Below, one piece after another: positions 50,246-60,845 of a DNA stretch of 64,000 nt. How positions within the stretch are numbered: position 1 is the stretch's first letter; each line of letters begins with the position of its first letter. Made by a program: the position numbers and the translations under genes. The notes under the pieces were generated by a model that saw nothing but the letters and a program-made list of their open reading frames with translations, searched no databases and had not been told where the DNA came from. The DNA comes from Desulfurococcales archaeon (GTDB lineage: Archaea > Thermoproteota > Thermoprotei_A > Sulfolobales > Desulfurococcaceae): NCBI GenBank assembly GCA_027022365.1, contig JALVYU010000026.1, positions 416,001 through 480,000 of the forward strand. Direction: 5' to 3'.

Positions 50246-51109
50246 CTATTGTAAGACTAGTGGAGTAGTGTATGCATTTGGATTATTTAATACTTCCCTT
50301 ATGATCGAGTGAAGCTCTTGCGATTTCTTTAATGCTAGGTCTATGATATCGTCAAGTTGATTTGGTTTAATACCCTCCATGCCTGTCTTCTGAATACCAA
50401 CAATTCTTCCTTTTTCATCTACTCCAATGACTATCTTCGTATCAAGGACTGTTTCCTCTTCTAATGTTGGATCAACGATCATGTAGCCCTCGAGCAACCC
50501 AATAGATACCGTTACAACATTGAGATTTATCGGCAAAGGCCTCTCTTTTACTTTCTTTTCTATTATAACATCATCATCTTCAATGCTAACAATCTTGGGT
50601 ATTTTAGCCATGTTAAGCGATAACATCGTTGAAAGCATGCTGGCGTCAATAACGTTCCCATCATGATCTAGCAGATAAATATCATTGAATACTAGCCATA
50701 CCTTTTTACCCGGTATTATAACAAGGTCTTCAAGCCTAACAGCTCTGGGCTCCCTGAGACAACGATCAACTACTCTGGCCGCCTCAATAGCGTTTTCATC
50801 TGGTGGACCCGGCTCAAATGAAGGTGATGCGAGAGGAACAAACTCTGCATGTACTTGTAGAACCCCTTCATTTGGTCTGTCGCTAAATGGTGTGCCTATC
50901 TCCAGTTTAGTGCCCGTCATGACTGTTGTATCGCCTAGTTTGACAAGAGCACTCCCCTCAGCCTTGGGTACGGGGTTGAGCCATATACTTATTTTTCTAA
51001 ATTCCTCGGGTTTTCTCCCATCTATTCTCTCTCCTGATCTAATTAGGCTCTTTATGGTTTCCCTCTTTATCCTCGGAATTATTGGTTGTTTTGTTGGTGT
51101 GAGAGACAT
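50246..51109 (-). CDS. rrp42: Exosome subunit Rrp42
   Basis: RIDGR, AEGSALVKLG, FEPGPPDEN, DHDGN, VDPT. Confidence 0.95.
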   Translation of the reverse strand: MSLTPTKQPIIPRIKRETIKSLIRSGERIDGRKPEEFRKISIWLNPVPKAEGSALVKLGDTTVMTGTKLEIGTPFSDRPNEGVLQVHAEFVPLASPSFEPGPPDENAIEAARVVDRCLREPRAVRLEDLVIIPGKKVWLVFNDIYLLDHDGNVIDASMLSTMLSLNMAKIPKIVSIEDDDVIIEKKVKERPLPINLNVVTVSIGLLEGYMIVDPTLEEETVLDTKIVIGVDEKGRIVGIQKTGMEGIKPNQLDDIIDLALKKSQELHSIIREVLNNPNAYTTPLVLQ

Positions 51110-51119
51110 ATTTTTCACC

Positions 51120-51845
51120 TCACTTCTCAATAATCTTTAGATACTTGTCATGAAGAGTCTTCTTCATCTGATCATAAATCTTCCTAGCTCCTTCTTTGGC
51201 GAGCTCGATTGCTCTCCTGAACTCCTCGAGTGTGAGCACCCCGTTTAGCTGTAGTAGCATAATCTCATCGATACTTGCCGCATAACCTATAGGCATATCT
51301 GCTTCTCCATATTCGTCCTCCAGCTCATCAATATCAAGTACTAAAACACCATCAACCTTTCCTACAGCGACGCCTGCTATTAGGTCTCTCATGGGTATAC
51401 CCGCATCGGCTAATGCTAGCGAAGCCGCTGTTAGACCTGTTGTTCGTGTGCCTCCGTCTGCTTGTAGTACTTCTATGAATATATCTATACTTGTACGCGG
51501 GAATAGTTCACTGAATATGACGGCTTCGAGAGCTTCTCTGATCACCTTAGATAGCTCTATTTCCCTCCTGCTTGGAGCAGGGCTTTTCCTATCACTGGTT
51601 GAGAATGGTGCCATATGGTATCTGCATCTAATTAGTGCTCTATCGGGTAATGCCAAGTGTCTAGGGTGTACCTCCCTTGGCCCATACACTGCTGCAACGA
51701 CCTTTGTTCCACCATACTCCACGTAGGCTGAACCATCCGCATTCTTTAGGATTCCGACCTGCATTTTTATCGGTCTAAGCTCATCAGGTCTTCTGCCATC
51801 ATGCCTTAGCCCGTCATCTCTGATCAGAACGGGTTTTTCAATCAT
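51120..51845 (-). CDS. rrp41: Exosome subunit Rrp41
   Basis: [32 protein letters not shown]. Confidence 0.96.
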   Translation of the reverse strand: MIEKPVLIRDDGLRHDGRRPDELRPIKMQVGILKNADGSAYVEYGGTKVVAAVYGPREVHPRHLALPDRALIRCRYHMAPFSTSDRKSPAPSRREIELSKVIREALEAVIFSELFPRTSIDIFIEVLQADGGTRTTGLTAASLALADAGIPMRDLIAGVAVGKVDGVLVLDIDELEDEYGEADMPIGYAASIDEIMLLQLNGVLTLEEFRRAIELAKEGARKIYDQMKKTLHDKYLKIIEK

Positions 51846-51865
51846 ATACTCTCACCTATCATGAT

Positions 51866-52591
51866 TTAAGCAAGTTCTTTGTCTAGAAACATTCTTACAT
51901 ACTCGGTTAACCCACGCATATGGGCTCTTGACTCTATTAGTCTTATCGCTTTGACCGCTACCTCGCTGCTTCTTTCGTCTTTGCATCTTATCCATACAAC
52001 GCCATTCTGGGCAACCAGAATATTGCATCCTGTCTTACTTGTTAGAAGGTTTAGCATACTACCTTTTTTCCCAATGACTCTAGGTACTCTGCTAGGCTCT
52101 ATCTCTATTACAATGCCCTCGGTTATTTTCCCTAATCCTTTACCCTTGACTGTTAGCAAAAGATCTCGAGTTCTATCAAATACAGCTATTTTTGCGACAA
52201 TATAGTCGCCTACATCGATATAGTCTCTAAGGTTAGTTGTTATAGGGCTGAAGTTCTCAATCACTTCGCCAGCATTAAGCACGGCCTTGTACGGAGCCCT
52301 TATGTCTAGTAGCCAGTTTGTTATCCCGACACCAACTACTAATCCGATGACGGTATCTCCTACTCTCGGAAAATATCTGCCTTCAAGAGGTATAACTGAT
52401 ATATCGTTGTCATTGACAGAGGCTAGTCCAAGCACTGCCGATATGATCTTGTCTTCGTAGATGTAGACGTGTTTCTCGGGGTTATAGCTGGGCCTCCGGA
52501 TCTTTTGTTCCACTATAGCTAATATATCTCCTGGTCTGACGATTTGCCTATCTGCTACCAATATCTTTAGTTGACTAGACATAGTGTTCAC
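51866..52591 (-). CDS. rrp4: Exosome subunit Rrp4
   Basis: S1 plus KH domains (RVIGKKGSM, NGVVW). Confidence 0.94.
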   Translation of the reverse strand: MNTMSSQLKILVADRQIVRPGDILAIVEQKIRRPSYNPEKHVYIYEDKIISAVLGLASVNDNDISVIPLEGRYFPRVGDTVIGLVVGVGITNWLLDIRAPYKAVLNAGEVIENFSPITTNLRDYIDVGDYIVAKIAVFDRTRDLLLTVKGKGLGKITEGIVIEIEPSRVPRVIGKKGSMLNLLTSKTGCNILVAQNGVVWIRCKDERSSEVAVKAIRLIESRAHMRGLTEYVRMFLDKELA

Positions 52592-53283
52592 CTTACATGT
52601 AGGATCTTTACTTGTGAGGAGCCATGAGTCACTTTATTTAATCTGTCTATGACTTCATCTTGCATTCCAGCGGGTATTTCTAGTTCTACAAGAAGGCTTC
52701 CATCGCTAAGCCAATTAGTTCGCTTAATAGTGCCGAGCGATGGAAGGATCTTGTACGCCTTCCCCGAATATTGTGGTGGGATCTTAACCGCGATATACGC
52801 CTTTGCCACTTTGATAGGTATTATCCTAGATATTTTTGATATTATTTCTTCAAACTGTGCCTCGGGTGGCTTGAAGGGATCTATGGATACTCGAGCCTGC
52901 TCCATAGCTAACTCTATTCTCTTAGGAGGTATGGGGAGTTTAGTCTTAGGGTCTATTACGTTCTTTGCTATGAGATTAATTATCTGCCTCTTCTTTAGTT
53001 CGAGTAGTTTTCTCCTCTGCTCAGCTGTTAAATGAATCTCTCCTCTTTTAATGATCTCTATGGCTACTTTTTTAATGTCGTCGGTGCCAAAAACGCTTTT
53101 GAGGGATTCGGGCGAGGCTTTTAGCCCTTTTCTAGCGTCTTTATACACTATGTCGCCTACAAGTAATTCATCAATGTTAACTTGTTTTCCTTCTTTTACC
53201 TTGAGGGCTAAATCAGGATTGACTAGAATCTCAAATCTATGACCCTTGTATTCAAAACGGGCAATTACATATTTCCCGGACAT
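52588..53283 (-). CDS. sdo1: Ribosome maturation factor SBDS/Sdo1
   Basis: RFEILV, FGTDD, LTAEQRR, IDPKTKLPIPP.RIE. Confidence 0.95.
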   Translation of the reverse strand: MSGKYVIARFEYKGHRFEILVNPDLALKVKEGKQVNIDELLVGDIVYKDARKGLKASPESLKSVFGTDDIKKVAIEIIKRGEIHLTAEQRRKLLELKKRQIINLIAKNVIDPKTKLPIPPKRIELAMEQARVSIDPFKPPEAQFEEIISKISRIIPIKVAKAYIAVKIPPQYSGKAYKILPSLGTIKRTNWLSDGSLLVELEIPAGMQDEVIDRLNKVTHGSSQVKILHVR

Positions 53284-53342
53284 GTTATCACCAAGAAAAC
53301 CCTGCTGTTAAATAATTATTGTAAGCAATAAAATCCTCTAGA

Positions 53343-54080
53343 CTATGTTTGTTGTTCTTTGAGTTCCTCTAGGTACTTGGCGATTTCTTCAGTGCTGAGT
53401 ATTTTGAATGTTCTGGTCTTAGTGTCAACATATCCTATTTCTAAATTAGACGCTTCTAGCTTCTTTTCTAGAGCTTTTATTAGAGCGGATATTCCGATCT
53501 TTATTGTTTCTTTTATTGGAACATCGTATTTGTAGTGTTTTTCAAGGTATTCTGTAGCTGCGTTGCTTTTTGCGCCTAGAGCGACCGCATAATAGCTCAT
53601 GTACCTACCGCTAGGCTCGGTCATAATTAGTTGCGGGCCGTTCTCATCAACACCGACAAATATCACTGCTACACCAAAAGGTCTAACGCCAGCATGTTGT
53701 GTGTATGCTTGTTTTATATCACATATTTGCTTAGCAAGGTACTCAACCGTTATTGGTTCGTCATAGTAGAATCTATGTAATAAAGCGAGCTGACGTGCAT
53801 AGTCAACGAGTACTCTACCATCACTTGCTATTCCTGCGAAGCTAGCACCTATGTGGTCGTCTACCTTAAAGATCTTTTGTATTGGTGAAGTATCCATTAA
53901 AGGCGATATCTTTCTTTTCTCAACGATTACGGCAGCACCTTCTTTTCCTCTAATGCCAATAGTCGTCCATCCTTGCCTTACTGCCTCGAATGCATACTCT
54001 ACTTGGTATAGACGCCCGTCAGGCGAGAATATCGTTATTGCTCTATCGTATGCTGCTGCGGCCGATATACCTAGACCCAT
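53343..54080 (-). CDS. psmA: Proteasome alpha subunit
   Basis: YDRAITIFSPDGRLYQVEYA; RPFGV. Confidence 0.97.
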   Translation of the reverse strand: MGLGISAAAAYDRAITIFSPDGRLYQVEYAFEAVRQGWTTIGIRGKEGAAVIVEKRKISPLMDTSPIQKIFKVDDHIGASFAGIASDGRVLVDYARQLALLHRFYYDEPITVEYLAKQICDIKQAYTQHAGVRPFGVAVIFVGVDENGPQLIMTEPSGRYMSYYAVALGAKSNAATEYLEKHYKYDVPIKETIKIGISALIKALEKKLEASNLEIGYVDTKTRTFKILSTEEIAKYLEELKEQQT

Positions 54081-54174
54081 GAAAGCATCCCTCGATATTA
54101 AAATATTATTCTACCTCTAAACCCTAATGTTTTAGAGAGCAATATTAAATTTGTTACAGAAGACTGTTCGCCCT

Positions 54175-54227
54175 ATGATGAAGAGTCCGACTACTGAGCC
54201 CTGCAATGAGGAGATAACGGGTTCTGA
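54175..54227 (+). ncRNA. C/D-box guide sRNA
   Basis: ATGATGA-agagtccgacta-CTGA-gccctgca-ATGAGGA-gataacgggtt-CTGA. Confidence 0.85.
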
Positions 54228-54250
54228 GGATATGAATACTCTATATAAAA

Positions 54251-54357
54251 TGGTGCGGGGGGTGGGATTTGAACCCACGCAGGCCTACGCCAGCGGATCT
54301 CCCCCCAGGCACCTGGACTTAAGTCCGCCCCCTTTGACCAGGCTCGGGCACCCCCGC
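54251..54357 (-). tRNA. tRNA-Leu(TAA) with a 19-nt intron (54299-54317), CCA encoded
   Basis: Cloverleaf with variable arm; relaxed BHB. Confidence 0.92.
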
Positions 54358-54400
54358 ACCTAAATGTTGTACAACTATTTTTTGTCCTTTTATCTTTTAT

Positions 54401-54459
54401 AGGAGTCAGTTCGTCGCGAGGTCTTCATCGTCTCGTGTTTGGAGCGGCCTCATCATCCT
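54401..54459 (-). ncRNA. C/D-box guide sRNA
   Basis: Minus strand: ATGATGA-ggccgctccaaac-ACGA-gacg-ATGAAGA-cctcgcgacgaa-CTGA, with a short AGG/CCT terminal stem. Confidence 0.8.
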
Positions 54460-54498
54460 GTCCTAGTAAATGATTGTTAGGGCTTTTTATTATTATTT

Positions 54499-54984
54499 TT
54501 ATTTTGGCTGAAGATCACGGCGTAGCATGTAAAGTTTCTTCTGAGCTCTCTTTAGAGTTCCCGAAACTGTTATTGGTATGAGCAGGCATTTCACACCGTT
54601 TATTTCATGAATTATTCCAAGCAGTGCTAAACACTCCTTTTTATATACATGCCTTATTCTAATAATTCCCCTTTGTATTGATGGTTCAAAGTATATGAGC
54701 TGGGGATCAGCCCTAGAAAGTGATAATTCACCGAAAATTTCTCTCCACATATTCCGTATTGCTTTCTCGATATCCTTCTTACCTAGATCTTGTTCTGAAA
54801 CTACTGCGAATACTATGTATCTCTTTCTTATTCTGCCATGCTTCTTTCTCCTCTTCATTGTAATTAGATCATAAATATATCTTAGTCTGCGTTCTACTAT
54901 CTTTATTCTATTGATAACAAGCACCAATGTTGCCACACTAAACATTACTGCAATAAATGAAATTATTAGTGGTAATGAAATCAT
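54499..54984 (-). CDS. rnp2: RNase P protein Pop5/Rpp14 with an N-terminal hydrophobic extension
   Basis: RKRYIVF, FGEL, GIIR, VSGTLKRA. Confidence 0.88.
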   Translation of the reverse strand: MISLPLIISFIAVMFSVATLVLVINRIKIVERRLRYIYDLITMKRRKKHGRIRKRYIVFAVVSEQDLGKKDIEKAIRNMWREIFGELSLSRADPQLIYFEPSIQRGIIRIRHVYKKECLALLGIIHEINGVKCLLIPITVSGTLKRAQKKLYMLRRDLQPK

Positions 54985-55598
54985 ATGTGTACACCATTCT
55001 TAACCATGAGTTCTCGCGTGTAATTAGTAAGCATTACTAGAACATCTTTCATAGGTATACGTAGGAGTATGCTTCCCAATGCAGTATAAGATATTGGGGC
55101 CGGTATCTCATTCCATTCATGAGCCCACGAACTAAGTATTATTGTTACATTGTATTTCAACGCTAAATCTATTCTACGTATAATCATTGCTTTAACACTT
55201 GATGGGCTAGTAATTAAGGTATTGATGGGTACTTCTAATGGTTTAGAGAAGCGTTTCAGCATTGCTATTTCGGTCTTATCAATATACCTTACACTGTCTG
55301 AGACTAATACGACCGTATCAACTCTCCCATCGCGTGCGGCAAAACGTGCAGCTTCAATTGATAAAGGGACTACAGCAGTAATGAATGAGCGCGATTTTTC
55401 ATTCCTAATATCGTGTTTCAAACTCTTTTGTGATTCGCTATAAATTGTTGATTTTCTGACGGCTATGAAATTGTTTTTTCTGATAATTTTACGATTGAGT
55501 CCCTCTATGCAAGCGGCTCTATAACCTAGAATTGTATAGGTTTCAATACATTTTTCGTTGTTGCAAAAACTCCCTATATCTATTAATGGGATATTCAA
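54981..55598 (-). CDS. rnp3: RNase P protein Rpp30
   Basis: ARFAARDGRVD, ILSSWA...P; operon context. Confidence 0.82.
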   Translation of the reverse strand: MNIPLIDIGSFCNNEKCIETYTILGYRAACIEGLNRKIIRKNNFIAVRKSTIYSESQKSLKHDIRNEKSRSFITAVVPLSIEAARFAARDGRVDTVVLVSDSVRYIDKTEIAMLKRFSKPLEVPINTLITSPSSVKAMIIRRIDLALKYNVTIILSSWAHEWNEIPAPISYTALGSILLRIPMKDVLVMLTNYTRELMVKNGVHI

Positions 55599-55602
55599 TA
55601 CC

Positions 55603-56055
55603 TTAGATCAGCCCCATTTCCCTTAATATGTTCTTTACATCATTTAATCTGTGTTTACCTCTAAAAGATACTACAACCTTGATTACATCATCAGAGTCAT
55701 CTATTGATAATCTGTTTCTATAGGCTTGTTGTTTACTAAATCTCAGATATAGTTTGTTTGATTTAGTATCATACCTTAGATCGAGGCTAGCCCTTATTAT
55801 TGACTTATCAATGCTAGAGAGAGTGCTCGATATGTGCTTTAGTATCATTAGTGTTTTTTCGCCCGATATTTTCAGAGTCAGAATTTTTATTTCGTTTCCA
55901 TAGAATCCATGTACTGTTTCGACCTTGAGTCTAGAAGAGAGTTCATATCTAAGCTCCGATGGAATAATGTTTAAAATTGCCTTTTTTACCTTATTGAGAT
56001 CTTCTGTTGAATGACAATGACTAGAAATTATTAATTCATTTATTTTAGGTTCCAT
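55603..56055 (-). CDS. COG1325-type RNA-binding protein of the exosome operon
   Basis: HSTEDLNKVKKA, GFYGNEI, LYLRFSKQ. Confidence 0.85.
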   Translation of the reverse strand: MEPKINELIISSHCHSTEDLNKVKKAILNIIPSELRYELSSRLKVETVHGFYGNEIKILTLKISGEKTLMILKHISSTLSSIDKSIIRASLDLRYDTKSNKLYLRFSKQQAYRNRLSIDDSDDVIKVVVSFRGKHRLNDVKNILREMGLI

Positions 56056-56057
56056 CT

Positions 56058-56720
56058 TTACTCTTCAGCCTTTTTAGCAGCTACCTGCCACGGATCGCGT
56101 GCTCCACGGCTGGCTTCATGTCTCTTTCTTAGCATTCTCTCACGTTGTTTCTTCTTCCACTTATGTTTTATAGTGTACTTTAGTCCTCTACTCTTTCTCA
56201 GCCCTCTCATCTTCTTGCCTGCACTTGTTAAACCCCTGAACACGCGTCCCTTGTGCTGTTTCTCACAGATCCAACCGATGTCTTTATCATTACATATAGC
56301 TGGATGATGTGGGTCGACGAGGATTACTTCGTACCACTTGTAATTCCCATCTTCTCCCACATAATAGCTGTTGAGCACTTCTAGGTTAGGGTACTTCCTA
56401 GCTGCTCTTTCCTCAGCTATTAGTCTTAGGCTCTTGGCGGGTGCGAATCCGTAGATACCCATTCTCTTCGGGCGCCTACCCTTGTTGGGCCTTGGTTTTC
56501 TTAGTCCGCCTTTTCTAATACGCACCCTTACCACTACGAAGCCCGGCTTAGCTTTGTAGCCTAGTGCTCTAGCTCTGTTTAGACGTGTGGGTTTGGCGAT
56601 CCTTATTACCGCGGGCTCTTTTCTCCATTTTATAAGCCTCTGCTTCATAACCTCTTTCATTTCGCCATCATATGGTCGCTTCCATAGTTCTGCGATGAAG
56701 TGATACATGCTTTTTACCAT
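56058..56720 (-). CDS. rpl15e: 50S ribosomal protein L15e
   Basis: [35 protein letters not shown]. Confidence 0.97.
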   Translation of the reverse strand: MVKSMYHFIAELWKRPYDGEMKEVMKQRLIKWRKEPAVIRIAKPTRLNRARALGYKAKPGFVVVRVRIRKGGLRKPRPNKGRRPKRMGIYGFAPAKSLRLIAEERAARKYPNLEVLNSYYVGEDGNYKWYEVILVDPHHPAICNDKDIGWICEKQHKGRVFRGLTSAGKKMRGLRKSRGLKYTIKHKWKKKQRERMLRKRHEASRGARDPWQVAAKKAEE

Positions 56721-56838
56721 TATCCTTACACCATTCCTGCTCCTAGCTAGTCCAATATCATATTAGATTTGGGTTTATAAAGCTTGAACACCCTTTTCTT
56801 ATATAGCTATATCATTGCAACACCTATGGTGAGAGTTT

Positions 56839-58065
56839 TTGCCGCCACCCGAAAAAATAGTTGGGATTATCGGTAAAACCAATGTTGGTAAGTCAACATT
56901 ATTTACAGCACTAACATTGGCTCCCGCACAGATAGCCAATCATCCTTTCACAACTATTAAGCCCAATATCGGCGTTGGTTATGTGAGGAAACAATGTGTT
57001 CATGTGGAACTTGGTCTCAAAGGCTGTAATCCTAGGACTGGTATGTGTATAAATGGTAATCGATTCATACCGGTTAAAATAATGGATGTGGCTGGCCTCA
57101 TACCTGGGGCCAGCGAGGGACGCGGACTAGGTAACAAGTTCATGGATGATCTAAGGCAAGCCGACGTGCTGGTCCATGTTGTAGACGCTAGCGGTTCAAC
57201 AGCTCCCGATGGTACACCTGCCTCGCCGGGCACGTACGATCCTGTTGAAGAAGCCAAACTTATTCAGGAAGAGGTAGACAAATGGTTTATAAACATAATC
57301 CTCCGCATATGGGAAAATAAGATCTCAAGATACATATATACTATACGTGACCCGATAGATTATCTCTCACAGACTCTTTCCGGCCTAAGTATTAGTAAGC
57401 AATACATAGTAGAGACAGTGAACAAGCTGGGTCTCCCAACAAAGCTAATGAAATGGAGTAAGGATGACGTCATCAAATTCGCTAGAACGCTCAGACGCCT
57501 AAGCAAGCCCATTATAATAGCGGCAAACAAGATGGATCTGCCACATGCCGAGGAAAACATCCGGAGACTAAAAGAAGAATTCGGGGAACACATGGTAGTC
57601 CCAATAAGTGCTCTCGCAGAGCTTATTCTAAGGAAAGCCTCTGCTGCAGGCCTAATACGCTACTTGCCCGGAGATAAAGATTTCGAAGTAATTGCTCCCG
57701 AAAAACTATCAGCTCAGCAAAAAAAAGCCCTAGAGCTTGTCAGAAAGAAGGTGCTTGAAAAATATGGTTCCACAGGTGTGCAAGAACTTCTGAACAAGGC
57801 AATATTTGATGTCCTCAAACTAATAGTGGTTTATCCTGTCGAGGATCACAAGAAGTATACTGACCACTCAGGCAGGATTCTTCCCGACGCGTATCTGGTG
57901 CCTAAGGGTACAACAGCTATTGAACTAGCGTACATGATACATACCGACCTAGGTAAAACATTCCTATACGCTATCAATGCTAAGACTGGTGAAAGGTTAG
58001 GTGAAGACTATGTTCTCAGAGACAATGATGTTATCAAGATTGTTGCTGCCGCCGCCCATAGATAG
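56839..58065 (+). CDS. ychF: YchF/Obg-family translation-associated GTPase with TGS domain
   Basis: GKTNVGKST, PFTTI.PN, DVAGL, NKMD, IHTDL. Confidence 0.92.
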   Translation: MPPPEKIVGIIGKTNVGKSTLFTALTLAPAQIANHPFTTIKPNIGVGYVRKQCVHVELGLKGCNPRTGMCINGNRFIPVKIMDVAGLIPGASEGRGLGNKFMDDLRQADVLVHVVDASGSTAPDGTPASPGTYDPVEEAKLIQEEVDKWFINIILRIWENKISRYIYTIRDPIDYLSQTLSGLSISKQYIVETVNKLGLPTKLMKWSKDDVIKFARTLRRLSKPIIIAANKMDLPHAEENIRRLKEEFGEHMVVPISALAELILRKASAAGLIRYLPGDKDFEVIAPEKLSAQQKKALELVRKKVLEKYGSTGVQELLNKAIFDVLKLIVVYPVEDHKKYTDHSGRILPDAYLVPKGTTAIELAYMIHTDLGKTFLYAINAKTGERLGEDYVLRDNDVIKIVAAAAHR

Positions 58066-58417
58066 ATTTTCTACGTAGGTTGTTCCAGAAGTCCTGGGCT
58101 CTCTTATAATAATAATCATCCTCTTTCCTAGGGCCGAAATAAGATAGGCCTTTCTCAGTAAGTAGCTTCCTATACTCGGCCGCTTCACTCGCCCTGATCT
58201 CACCGTGTTTCTCGAGGTAATCTATGACTTTCAATGCTTCATCGATGCTTTTGCATCTACGAATATAATCCTCAATACCGGGTGTATAGCCCCGCCATGG
58301 ATCAGGTACTCCTATGTTTACTCGAAGACTCAATTGTTGTTCGTTATCAAGGATCTCATTGGCTAAGTGGGGGAATTTTTTCTTAAAGTCTTCGATCCGC
58401 ATCTTCATGGTCTTCAT
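58034..58417 (-). CDS. DUF2095 family protein
   Basis: FKKKFPHLA.E, GYTP...DYIRRC, FGPRKE.DYY. Confidence 0.82.
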   Translation of the reverse strand: MKTMKMRIEDFKKKFPHLANEILDNEQQLSLRVNIGVPDPWRGYTPGIEDYIRRCKSIDEALKVIDYLEKHGEIRASEAAEYRKLLTEKGLSYFGPRKEDDYYYKRAQDFWNNLRRKSIYGRRQQQS

Positions 58418-59705
58418 CTCCTTTCTCGTTTTTAATCGGTGTTATATAGGGTTTTATCGATACCTTGTAAAAGCTATGTGATGGCACATCTTGGGCAACT
58501 ATAACACCTGGGTAAATCCAAGAATAACATCCGATCTTAACTCCCGGCAGTACCGAAACATTCACACCAGTCTTAGCGTAAGAGCCTATCACGCTGCCAA
58601 ATTTTCTTCTTCCGCTTGAGATCATTTTTCCCCTGATAAGAGACTTGACTGGTTTATCGTCGAATCGAAGATTTGCGATCATTGTACCAGCGCCTAGATT
58701 TACATGGTCACAAATAATGGAGTCACCTACGTATGCGAAATGGCTGATCTTTGCGTGCTCCATTATTAGGCTACTTTTTATTTCGACTGAAAACCCTATT
58801 CGTGTATTATTACATATTACAGTATATGGTCTGATTCTAGTGTTCGGCCCTATCTTGGCATTTTCACCTATATATACCGGTCCTTCTATGTATGTTCCAG
58901 GCTTTATAGTGGTTTTATCGCCTATATATGCTGGTCCCTCAATGTATGCTGGGCATTCTTTAGAGTTCGAACCGAGTATATCCTCTAGGAACTTATCAAG
59001 AGCTAATTTGTTGGCCTCCAGTAAATTCCATGGTAGTCCAATATCAATCCATGACTCTTTATCTATTGTTTTGACAGCAATAGATAAACCGCCTTCAGAT
59101 ACTGCTTTATTTATCGCGTCCGTGAACTCTATTTCGCCGCGGGGGCTAGGTGGTGTATTAATGTATTTGATTATCTCGTTTGGCCTAATAACATATATAC
59201 CAGCATTTATTAAATTTGATGACGGCTTTGATGGTTTCTCGACTATCTTCTCTAACTGATTATTATCCCTAAGATACAAGACACCATAATTCTCTGGATC
59301 GGGAACCGGCACACCTACTATTACATTCTCACCTGAGCTAGCCAATGTAGAGTATAGATCCCATTCACCAAGAAATAGATCACTATAGGTTATTAGTATA
59401 GGTTCGCTGGTCACATCTATTTTTTCGAGGGCTGTTTTTACAGCGTGGCCTGTGCCGAGCTCATCTTCTTGTTCTACATAACGGATCTTTTTCTTCAGGG
59501 AGAATGAATTGACTAGTGATATAATCTTTTCCTTCATATAGCCTATAACAATGATTATCTCATCGATCTCAGGTACTTGTTCTAAAGCATCTAGGTGCCA
59601 TCGAATTAATGGCTTACACATTACCGGAATACATGGCTTAGGTATTGTTTCTGTTATTGGCCAGAGTCTTTCCCCCTTCCCCGCCGCCAATATTATTGCC
59701 TTCAA
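58383..59705 (-). CDS. glmU: Bifunctional sugar-1-phosphate nucleotidyltransferase/acetyltransferase (GlmU-like)
   Basis: ILAAGKGERL.P.T...PKP, VEKP, RGEIE, hexapeptide repeats, ANLRFD. Confidence 0.9.
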   Translation of the reverse strand: MKAIILAAGKGERLWPITETIPKPCIPVMCKPLIRWHLDALEQVPEIDEIIIVIGYMKEKIISLVNSFSLKKKIRYVEQEDELGTGHAVKTALEKIDVTSEPILITYSDLFLGEWDLYSTLASSGENVIVGVPVPDPENYGVLYLRDNNQLEKIVEKPSKPSSNLINAGIYVIRPNEIIKYINTPPSPRGEIEFTDAINKAVSEGGLSIAVKTIDKESWIDIGLPWNLLEANKLALDKFLEDILGSNSKECPAYIEGPAYIGDKTTIKPGTYIEGPVYIGENAKIGPNTRIRPYTVICNNTRIGFSVEIKSSLIMEHAKISHFAYVGDSIICDHVNLGAGTMIANLRFDDKPVKSLIRGKMISSGRRKFGSVIGSYAKTGVNVSVLPGVKIGCYSWIYPGVIVAQDVPSHSFYKVSIKPYITPIKNEKGDEDHEDADRRL

Positions 59706-60780
59706 TTTTATCCAACCTGTTATAAAGGACTGTGGCTAGAGCTATAAGTCCTGCGGCTGCAGCATAATCTGTAGATAAAGTGATTCCGGGTGCTATGTCT
59801 ACTACTAGATCGGCGAACCTGTAGATCCCGAGAGGAATCCCTTCTCTCGAGCCAAATAAGAGGTTAACTCTTTTCTTCGACTTCAATATAAGGTCTTGGA
59901 GCTCATCTGCCGCATCCAATATATATTTTCCTTCAGGCTCAAACACTATTATCACTTCATCAGCACGATCACGTATAAGCTGGTGGATATCTTGTACCTT
60001 GATCGGCACCTTACGTGTTTTACGATGATAACTCCTCTTCTGTATCTCATATCTTGAACGTATTCCTTCTTCTACACTAAGAATGAACTCGGCGAGTTGT
60101 ACACCATCGATAATGCCTGCAGGCGCGATAACGAGTTCACCGATCTCAAAATTCTGTACTTCTCTCCCTATTCTTCTACCCATGTTTCTGATCGCATCTG
60201 TAGGGCCCAAGTAGGGCATCTGTACAACTGCGAATCTCTTGAAAAGACAGTGAATAGTTTTCTTTCCGGGTGATATTTTATGGTATTCAAAACTACCCGG
60301 AAGAATACTGATATAGGCTTTGTCCTGTATTATCTCAACTAAGACTATTTTATCTGGATATCTAAGGTTGACAGAAGCATTGGTTGCACGACGTACATAG
60401 TCTCCAACTATTATATTGACATCTATACTTGTAAAGTTGTGTCTTCCACGTCGAGTGGTTCTAACAGCAAATGTTTCAGAAGGACCAATATGCTCTTTAG
60501 CCAGCTCTGCAGCTATCTCGGCTATTTTATGTGGGTCCGCAGGGGATTCAGCTAGAATCGGAATGATCTTATCGGCCTCAACAACGTTCTTTTCGATGTA
60601 ATCCATTAGTTCATCTACACTGTGCTCACCATATCTTACTAGAACGAGTCCTTTGAACTTTCGCGGACAAGCTATAACAACGGCTTTTTCATCGTATTCC
60701 TTTATTCTCGACGCAACAATTTTTTCGAAGCCCAGCCCCGTCTTTATAAGTATGTCAAAGGATCCTTCCTTCAAAGACAT
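59638..60780 (-). CDS. THUMP + SPOUT RNA methyltransferase
   Basis: FAVRTTRRG.HNFTS, VNLRYPD, QMPY, GSREGIPLG. Confidence 0.85.
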   Translation of the reverse strand: MSLKEGSFDILIKTGLGFEKIVASRIKEYDEKAVVIACPRKFKGLVLVRYGEHSVDELMDYIEKNVVEADKIIPILAESPADPHKIAEIAAELAKEHIGPSETFAVRTTRRGRHNFTSIDVNIIVGDYVRRATNASVNLRYPDKIVLVEIIQDKAYISILPGSFEYHKISPGKKTIHCLFKRFAVVQMPYLGPTDAIRNMGRRIGREVQNFEIGELVIAPAGIIDGVQLAEFILSVEEGIRSRYEIQKRSYHRKTRKVPIKVQDIHQLIRDRADEVIIVFEPEGKYILDAADELQDLILKSKKRVNLLFGSREGIPLGIYRFADLVVDIAPGITLSTDYAAAAGLIALATVLYNRLDKIEGNNIGGGEGGKTLANNRNNT

Positions 60781-60845
60781 TATAGATTCCTCTACTAATT
60801 CGAGGAATAAAGGATCTGAAAGACGAATTATTGTTGTCTTTACGG

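Noticed and set aside
54151-54363. 70-aa ORF (likewise 44461-44877)
   Set aside because: Runs through sRNA and tRNA genes; shadow ORFs
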